DNA of 63,492 nucleotides, filler included, from Octopus bimaculoides (Eukaryota): NCBI RefSeq assembly GCF_001194135.2. It is 7 parts of 6 records of this genome, joined end to end, with 100 filler letters (N's around TTAATTAATTAA, not from the genome) between each part and the next. Parts side by side here need not be neighbours in the genome. Positions count along the whole stretch, not along the records: positions 46,113 to 56,141 come from NC_068996.1; positions 56,242 to 57,934 come from NC_068982.1; positions 58,035 to 60,095 come from NC_068987.1; positions 60,196 to 63,492 come from NC_068991.1; 3 more parts are not named here. One strand, 5' to 3'. Shown piece by piece: positions 53,671 to 63,492 of this stretch (position 1 is its first letter; each line of letters starts with the position of its first letter). The notes under the pieces were generated by a model. It saw only the letters and a program-made list of their open reading frames with translations, ran no database searches and was not told where the DNA came from. The position numbers and the translations under genes were made by a program.

Positions 53671-55786
53671 GTTAAGTCACGCAATGGCAAGAAGAATTAT
53701 GTGTATCTTTGTACACAAATGCATGTGTGCATATAAAGATTTTTCCCCCAGCCTTTCCATTTTATTACCTTTTAATGAGTTTGTGTCGTCTAACTAAATA
53801 TAAATTTTTAAAAACTTTATTTTATTTATAACTCTTTATGAGGTAGAGCGTGATAGTACACTTTTTTTGTTTATCCTCTCTTCTGCATTTCTCCTCCCAC
53901 TATAATCTCCTTCTGCTCCCCTCCCCAATCCAGTCACCTAACGGTTTCCTCTTTATAAGCTACATATTAGAGTAATTATTCACTCTCTGGCGGAATTTTG
54001 GTCGCTAGTTTAAAAATAGCACTTTTGACTTGTTGAGATGTTCAAAATGCTTAATTCCTACATGTTTTCACCTGATGAAAACGATATTTCGCTTTATGTA
54101 ATATTTCTATTCATCAAGAGAATAAAACACTTCTGAAACAGCTGTAGCGGACCACAATCTATCTGTTGTTACTTGTTAATCATTCACCTTACGCGGAACC
54201 TGCAATTCGCTTGGATCTGAAGTCTATTGTGTACGGCAAAATTGGTGCATTGTTTGTACCCATATACAACATTCAGACGCGTTCTGCATTCAGTCGGCCA
54301 TTTGTGATTGTACACACAAATGGAGTATAAAGTAGGTATTTGTCTTCAAATACTGTTTGTACACGATAGCGATTTCACTGACCCGACCTTGGTGCTTTAC
54401 TATTTAAGAAGTTGATTTGCTTGAATCTTGAATTATACATATATATAAAACATAGCCGCACGCACTTACCTAACTAACCACACTACGTTGTCACAAACAG
54501 TATATACATATATTCATATACTTCTCTTTTCAACGCTGGGGTACAAATATAGGAAGCCCAAATGTACATAAGTAGACATACATGAAGTATCGCAACCATA
54601 TGTGCGCGACATGGTGACCTAATATCAAGATTAACAGTGCATGACCTTGCCGGTGAGGCCCAGTTAGAATTTTCTTCAGATCGAATAGCCCACCCTACTC
54701 TAAAGATCCCTGAGTAATGTTTGTTTAAGGATGATGAACAAAACATCCATGTTTCCAGACGTGAATTATTCAAACACCAAAGAATCCTTCTCAATACATA
54801 GCTATGACGCTTCCCACTAATCACGCTCGTGATCAGAGAAGCACATAACGTCAGTCATAAGAGATATGCTTTAATAGTTAAGGTCAAGAGACTGACAAGC
54901 AAATCTGTGGTATTCAGCAGAATATTTTCTGCGGCCCATCTTTCACACAAAGACAAAACATACTCGTTAACACTTCCAATCAGTTAAGATCAGAAACCAC
55001 GTGAGCCTTTGCCTGCAACTGCATCAGGGCATATGTATGTATACATGTATGCATATATGTATGTATGTATGTATTATGTATGTATATATGGATGGATGGA
55101 TGGATGGATGGATGGATGGATGTGTGTATGATTGTGTGGTGAGCGTGGGGGAGTGGGGCAGGGTGGGGCCGGAGCTTGCAGCCTGAAACGTTTTGGATTG
55201 AATAACTTTTTCTCTATATTTTGGCACTTTTTCTTACTTATAGTTTGCTTACTTGTAGTCGAGATAATCGATACGTATTCTAAAACAGATAATGGTGCGA
55301 TTGCTGCTTATGCTGTAACAGTTTTTTTTACGTTGCTGCTGTTGTTCCTTATATAGATGTAGTGCGTTCTTCTGATCATATCCGACATTGCTTTTCGCCA
55401 TATCGTCACTATCATCATCACCATCATCATCAACATTATTAGCACTGCCACTACCACCATCACTACTACTTTCATCAGCAGCAGCAGCAACAGCAGCAAT
55501 AACAGCAGCAGCAGCATCAGTGTGTACATCATATATAATATATACATTATTCTTACGAATGCCTTGACAGCCGCATATATTAAGGTGTGTCCTCATCATT
55601 TTACGTAACCATTTGTTTTGTTTGTTTTTTGTTTTTTTTGGCGTTGCTGTTCTGTTGCTCTTTTACATGTTTTAATCCAAAACGGAACCGAGCGCTAATA
55701 TTGTCAATTTGATCGGCTTGAAGAATAGTTGAGATATTATTTAACACGACATCAATGGCAGCTTAAATACACAAATAATATATATG

Positions 55787-55817
<31 letters not shown>

Positions 55818-56610
55818 GTATGAGAAAGTTGGTATGTGAAAGCACGTGGTTGGATGTATAAAAGATAATAAGAGTGAAAAAACTACAGGTTACATGGTTA
55901 AAGTATATATTTAAATTATGTCAGAAAAATGTAAGAAACATGTTATAAAAATGTTATAAAAATGTTATAAAATCTTTTTGGTATATAAACATTGTATTTT
56001 GAGAAATAACCGGTTTCGTGTTGTCTTTTCAAATTTCTCTACTTCCCCAAATTGAAGGAAATTTTACACACACACAAAATCATCAAAAGCCACAAACAAC
56101 CAAAATCACTGAAAAAGATCCTCACAAAGGCAAAATTACTTNNNNNNNNNNNNNNNNNNNNNNNNNNNNNNNNNNNNNNNNNNNNTTAATTAATTAANNN
56201 NNNNNNNNNNNNNNNNNNNNNNNNNNNNNNNNNNNNNNNNNCACGCACACACACAAACACACACAAAGTCTTAAGCAAAGCTTCAAAACAGAATGCAGCA
56301 TGTTTTTGTGTTAAAACGATGAGGAATGCACTCACTGAATCTAAATAAAAATGTGATGTACGCTACACATCCATCTCAAAATCTACCTAACACCTTCAAT
56401 ACACGGTGTTCAGGTGGAATAACGTAAACACAAGATGTTAGGTAAAGTGTGAGAGACTACACATCCTGATCAGAATACCTGGCATCCCCAAAGGAATGGA
56501 ATTCGCTATTGAACAGGCTTGCTCGAATAGACACATTCAGTTCCCATCGATTATCACTTACTTACACAACATGAAACAACTAAGTTCCACACGTTTTCAG
56601 TCAGGCATAC

Positions 56611-56649
<39 letters not shown>

Positions 56650-56837
56650 AGCACTCATACACACGTAAACTTCTGTGCGCGCACACACACAGACACACAC
56701 ACACACATATATATGTATATATATGTATAAAGTCTATATGTGTATAGACATACACACACGTGTTTATGCGCATATATATATATATATACATATTTATATA
56801 CATGCATATATACATATATATATAAACACACACGCAC

Positions 56838-56928
<91 letters not shown>

Positions 56929-58034
56929 CATATATATGTATGTATGTTCGCATGTATACGCAACTATGAATGTGTATATATGTATGCATATATGTGTACA
57001 TACATATATACAAGCTTATATTTTTCTCACTCTCTCTTGCGCGCGTATATAAATATATCCATATATGTGTGTATGTATATGTAAATATATATACATATGT
57101 ATATATTATATACATATATGTATGTATGTATGTATGCATGTATGTATGTATTATGCATGCATGTATATATGTAAATTAATATATATGCATGCCTATATCT
57201 ACTCAGAAACATACACAATCAACTGTACAAATTTATATCTTCCTGAGTGAATCGAGTGAATGAAATATAAAAAAATAAAATTTTACTATATGATATAATA
57301 AGGATATATACATCTGTATAAAGCGTCCATCTCGCTGCTTCACAAGAAACAATACCGAAAAGAAACATAACTATACTGAAAGGGAATGTCCCAGCTTGGC
57401 CTCGGCCTCTAACTGAATCTAGTAAAAGATGAGAGGGCTTTTGAAGGTAATGTGATATACCTTTACTAACTTTATGACTTGTGCTTCAAACATATCGTAC
57501 AACAGACTAAAACCATATTTTAATATCTTTAATCCTTTATCTTTTATTTTGTTTCAATCATTAAACTGCGGTCATGCTCGGGAACCGCCTGGAAGAATTT
57601 TTAGCCAAATGAGTTCACAAATACCATCACATGGGAGTTATGGCCGTTATGCAAAGAATATAATTTCCAAATTTCATAAAGATCCATTCAGTACTTTTGA
57701 AGTAGTTTTGGATAAGAAAACAAATGACTAATGTGTGTGTTTGTGTGCATGTGTATGTGTGTGTGATGGGTGTATATATGTATAGATATATGTATGCATG
57801 TATATATGTATATATGTGTACATATTACATGTACATCTATATATATACATCTACACATATGTATACATATACATGTATGTATAGATCTATATATATATAT
57901 GTACATATACGTGTACATCTATATGTATACATATNNNNNNNNNNNNNNNNNNNNNNNNNNNNNNNNNNNNNNNNNNNNTTAATTAATTAANNNNNNNNNN
58001 NNNNNNNNNNNNNNNNNNNNNNNNNNNNNNNNNN

Positions 58035-58569
58035 TTAGAAAATGATGTCACACGTTATCGAGGCTACCATTTTTTCTGGATGTGCAAAAGGGGATGACGT
58101 CTTTATTCCAAGAATTCCTCTTACTCCATCAGGAGCAGACATTCCTTTTACATTCAGAAGACTACAATTCCCCCTTCGTGTGACTTTTGCCATGTCCATA
58201 AACAAATCTCAGGGTCAAACACTGTCTGTAGCTGGTCTTCTCTTGGAAGAGCCCTGCTTCTCACATGGACAACTGTATGTTGGCTGCTCAAGAGTGGGCA
58301 GCAACAAAAAACCTATTTGTATATGCTCCACAAGGGAAAACAAGGAAAATTGTTTACAACGAGGTGTTATAATCACAGCGGCAAGAAAGTATGTACATGA
58401 TCACCTTCTTTTACAAAACTTCATTGACTTTCATATATTTATACTGATATACATATATATACGTGTGTTTGGGTGCGTGTGTGTATATACATCTCTATAT
58501 ATAAAGATGATGCGTAGTCTAGACGGCGTTTTTAGATTTCATTATTCTCTTTAACCCGGGCAACGCTAG
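58035..58569 (+). mobile_element. Helitron RepHel (Pif1 helicase) C-terminus and 3' end
   Basis: VFIPRIPLTPS...FRRLQFPLRVTFAMSINKSQGQTL...FSHGQLYVGCSRV; ends ...cccgggcaacgCTAG-T at 58566-58570. Confidence 0.9.
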
Positions 58570-58579
58570 TATTATTATA

Positions 58580-58707
58580 CAGGGTGTACGCAAATTCTAG
58601 GTACATGGGGATTAACACATATTTTAAGAAATTATTATTTCTTATATTTAATTGTTTTAAGTTATGATTTTATTTACTCCATGTGCCCAGACCTTATGGA
58701 CACCCTG
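58580..58707. mobile_element. 128-bp Tc1/mariner-type MITE
   Basis: TA-CAGGGTGT...ACACCCTG-TA. Confidence 0.6.
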
Positions 58708-58899
58708 TAGAGTTCAAATGCTGCCGGGGTTGACTTTGCCGTTCGTACTTTCGGGGTCGATAAATTAAGTACCAGTTACGCACTGGGGTCGATGTAATCG
58801 ACTCATCCCTTTCCCCAAAATTTCAGACCTTGTGCCTAGAGTAGAAAGGATTATGGAGCACAGTTGCGATGAAATAACACTTCCGACACACTGAAATGT

Positions 58900-59475
<576 letters not shown>

Positions 59476-59855
59476 TAAATGTGCATATATAAAATACTCT
59501 CTCACAGACATATGTTCATGTGTCGAGGTGTGTGTTACATATCTATATGTATATTGTGTGTGTATGATTGTGTCTACCCGAGAACACATGCGACAGACAT
59601 AAACAAAACTTATCCGAAAACAAAGAGATACGTATTAAGTATTATTGACGAACAGAAAAGTATTTAGACTTGAAACAGAGATAAAAAAAGTGGAGAGGTT
59701 ATATCTGTATATATGTGTGTATGTTGTGTGTGTGGGTGGGGAGGTGTATATGTGTGTGTGTATAAAACCACAAAGAAAGTATATATATAAATAAAATATA
59801 TCTATAAACATAAAGATAATTAACTATATATATATATAACACACACACACATATG

Positions 59856-59889
<34 letters not shown>

Positions 59890-60195
59890 CGCCGGTGTTT
59901 TAATGGTGGCAGCTGATGAAGGAGATGTTTCTACGTGGCTTGCTTGTTTGTTGTACCTTGTTTATCATTTTGTCCATGTTCTTTTGCCACGTCATGTACC
60001 CAGTTATGTATCTATATGTACATGTAGATGAAGGTATATACATACATGTACATATATATGCATATACTCATATATTGTTTATATGTATGTATATANNNNN
60101 NNNNNNNNNNNNNNNNNNNNNNNNNNNNNNNNNNNNNNNTTAATTAATTAANNNNNNNNNNNNNNNNNNNNNNNNNNNNNNNNNNNNNNNNNNNN

Positions 60196-60234
<39 letters not shown>

Positions 60235-60304
60235 ATATATACATGTATATATATGTATGTATGCATATATATATATATGCCTTATCCATCACTGCGCAAT
60301 AAAA

Positions 60305-60338
<34 letters not shown>

Positions 60339-60774
60339 ATACATCACCAGTTTTTTTACACCAGTCCCACCGCACATCGCCCGCAGGCCACCGCCATCAC
60401 CGGTTGTTCGCCGTTATTTATGGTTTATTTAGAATTGCTCTATAACTCATCGAGATCATCATCATCATCATCATCATCATCTTCATTATCATCATCATCA
60501 TAACCGCCAACAATCGCCATCGTCTTCAACATCCTCCTCGTCATCCTGACCATCACTCCCAACACCGCAACCGTTGCCTCATCATGATCATCATCATCGT
60601 CATCACCACCACCACAACCACCACCACCACCACAACCACCACCACCACAACCACCACCACCACAACCACCACCACCTCACAATCACCATCATCCTCAACA
60701 TCGTCCTCGTCATCCTGACCACCATATACACCACCACCGCCATTACCACATCATCATCCTAATCATCATCATCG

Positions 60775-60826
<52 letters not shown>

Positions 60827-60944
60827 TTATTATTTCTGTTAGTAGGGGTAGTGTTAGCTGTTATTGGTATTACTTTTTAGTGTTTTTGCTTTTATTTAAC
60901 TCTTTCTGGTGTTTGCTTTCCTTTTTGCCTTCGTGTATCTTTAA

Positions 60945-61018
<74 letters not shown>

Positions 61019-61870
61019 TAATAATAATAATAACAAAAACAACGACAGGTAATGGTGACTGTTGCTCTCAAACTGGCTGAAGATAATAATAGTTCAACCG
61101 GCGAAATAAATTAAAGATGACGTGGATTTGTTGGTTTTGGTTGGTTTGTTGGTTGATTAGCTGGTTGGCTGGTTGGTGTGTTGGAAAGACGGCTGGCTGT
61201 GATTGGCCGGTTGTGTTGAAGGGAATGGATGAATAACTGAACGGAAAAAAGGTGCAGGGATGACTGTTTCGATGGACTCCTGTTTGTGTAACTGTATAAG
61301 GGATGGCCGGATATATGGGGATAGTTGTTTTGTTTTTTCTTTTCCCTTTTATGTATTTCTCTCATCTGGCAGCCATTTTGTCCCATACTTTCTTTTCTAC
61401 CCCAAACCTTCCGAACGTCAATTTCCAATTTGTTTCTTCTTCTTCTTCTTCTTCTTCTTCCTCTCACTGCTCATGATGTCACACAAGCTTGTCTTGTATT
61501 ACAATACACATAAATTCGAAGAATGCCGGATTACAGGTACATGTAAAAGAGAAACAAAATCAAGAATAACAGCAATAAACACAAAAATAATGTTAACAAA
61601 AACACGGCACACGTTGCCACAAATGTTGCCGAGTCACCGAAGATGGTGTCTTTGAATGCACATTTGCAGCATTCCTACTGTTAAAATGTCAGTTAAATAC
61701 TCATACAGAGGCTTCATATTTATAATGAACTCTTACAGAAGATTTTAATTTTTTCATATTTCTTCCAAATTAGGAAACAAACTTTTGAAATGATACGTGT
61801 AAATCATTTTAACTAATCACCCGATGATATGCAAGCAATGATATGATTATAAATACAAATCTTCGTGTTT

Positions 61871-62874
61871 GGATTTGGTTTGCAAGATTCTTTATGTGAG
61901 TTAGTGTGTTGAAGCATATTTTGTTGTGTCTGGGGAGAGTCAGTCTCCTGTAGTGCCTTATTATTTAACACAGTCACCGTAGGAAAATGGATATGAATGT
62001 NNNNNNNNNNNNNNNNNNNNNNNNNNNNNNNNNNNNNNNNNNNNNNNNNNNNNNNNNNNNNNNNNNNNNNNNNNNNNNNNNNNNNNNNNNNNNNNNNNNN
62101 NNNNNNNNNNNNNNNNNNNNNNNNNNNNNNNNNNNNNNNNNNNNNNNNNNNNNNNNNNNNNNNNNNNNNNNNNNNNNNNNNNNNNNNNNNNNNNNNNNNN
62201 NNNNNNNNNNNNNNNNNNNNNNNNNNNNNNNNNNNNNNNNNNNNNNNNNNNNNNNNNNNNNNNNNNNNNNNNNNNNNNNNNNNNNNNNNNNNNNNNNNNN
62301 NNNNNNNNNNNNNNNNNNNNNNNNNNNNNNNNNNNNNNNNNNNNNNNNNNNNNNNNNNNNNNNNNNNNNNNNNNNNNNNNNNNNNNNNNNNNNNNNNNNN
62401 GCAGAATACATACATACAAACGTACACACATACATACAAATATACACGCGCACACACATACACATATATATGCATACACACACTTACATGCATGCATACA
62501 TACATACATACATACATACATACACACATACATACATGTGTATGCGCACATACACACTGACCCCCACACATATACACAAACAAACAAAAAGAACACAGCT
62601 TGGAAACGGACAGAGTCAACGTCTATTGAAAAGGTTGCAAGGCGCAGCGAAAATTTTAGAAAAAATAAATAAGTAAATAAGTGGAAATTTTACCGGTGAG
62701 CGTACAAAAGGCGAATGACTCTCCCCAGACACGAGATACTACTCACTTAACAGTAAGGTATATCAACTATTCTGTTACTAATTTATACTATTTAAAAAAA
62801 ATATCTATGCCAATAGATATTTTAAGATAGTTTGTTGTAATTGAGCGAAGCACATATTCATATATGTATGTATG

Positions 62875-62906
<32 letters not shown>

Positions 62907-63492
62907 TGNNNNNNNNNNGGATTTGGTTTGCAAGATTCTTTATGTGAGTTAGTGTGTTGAAGCATATTTTGTTGTGTCTGGGGAGAGTCAGTCTCCTGTA
63001 GTGCCTTATTATTTAACACAGTCACCGTAGGAAAATGGATATGAATGTAAACAGATAGACATACAGACGGATAGTTACATGGGTAATATGGAGAGACAAG
63101 CACATGTACACACATACATACGCGAATGAAGACTGAAACACATGACCATATATACACGCACACACACACACACACTTCACTTCACACAAGGACGCATATG
63201 GAGACACACATCCATACATACAGACACAGTACATAGTCACAAAAACCCATACACAGACACACTCAGACATGCACACACGAGACAGAGGTACATCCCTACA
63301 CACATGCAAACACACACACACAAAACGCACAAACACACGAACATGCAGAATACATACATACAAACGTACACACATACATACAAATATACACGCGCACACA
63401 CATACACATATATATGCATACACACACTTACATGCATGCATACATACATACATACATACATACATACACACATACATACATGTGTATGCGCA
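61871..63492. repeat. Direct duplication around gaps, probably an assembly or haplotype artefact
   Basis: 61871-62000 equals 62919-63048, and 62401-62547 equals 63346-63492. Confidence 0.8.

Noticed and set aside
54470-54537. Good minus-strand acceptor and donor pair
   Set aside because: Stops in all three frames; could be a UTR exon, but nothing links it to the gene.
55249-55599. Ala/Ser/Asp/Gln-rich minus ORF
   Set aside because: Trinucleotide low-complexity sequence with no convincing splice sites.

Overview
AT-rich, microsatellite-dense, repeat-dominated eukaryotic DNA. The SINE families and (TA)n/(CA)n/(ATGT)n load suggest a cephalopod (octopus-like) genome; this is inference. Six artificial 100-bp joins (44N-TTAATTAATTAA-44N) split the window into seven pieces. 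Most ORF-track entries are microsatellite or gap translations. One real gene fragment can be rebuilt by hand on the minus strand: six GT-AG exons (32751-32546, 30407-30357, 26991-26881, 22184-22161, 21704-21585, 18676-18644). They splice into one 545-nt open frame encoding half of a VWC-like Cys module plus three ShKT domains. Neither end of the gene is securely found. The rest is TE debris: Tc1, maT-like mariner, several Penelope-like elements, RLE-, RTE- and L1/Tx1-type LINEs, Helitrons and tRNA-headed SINEs. Most notable: (i) a Lys-aromatic dyad in the third ShKT domain, in the register of ShK toxin K22-Y23; (ii) a tRNA-headed SINE with a Penelope-type minimal hammerhead motif in its tail, inserted as a head-to-head dimer inside one 10-bp TSD; (iii) two more hammerhead-like motifs; (iv) a perfect 156-bp inverted templated insertion in an intron of the ShKT gene.
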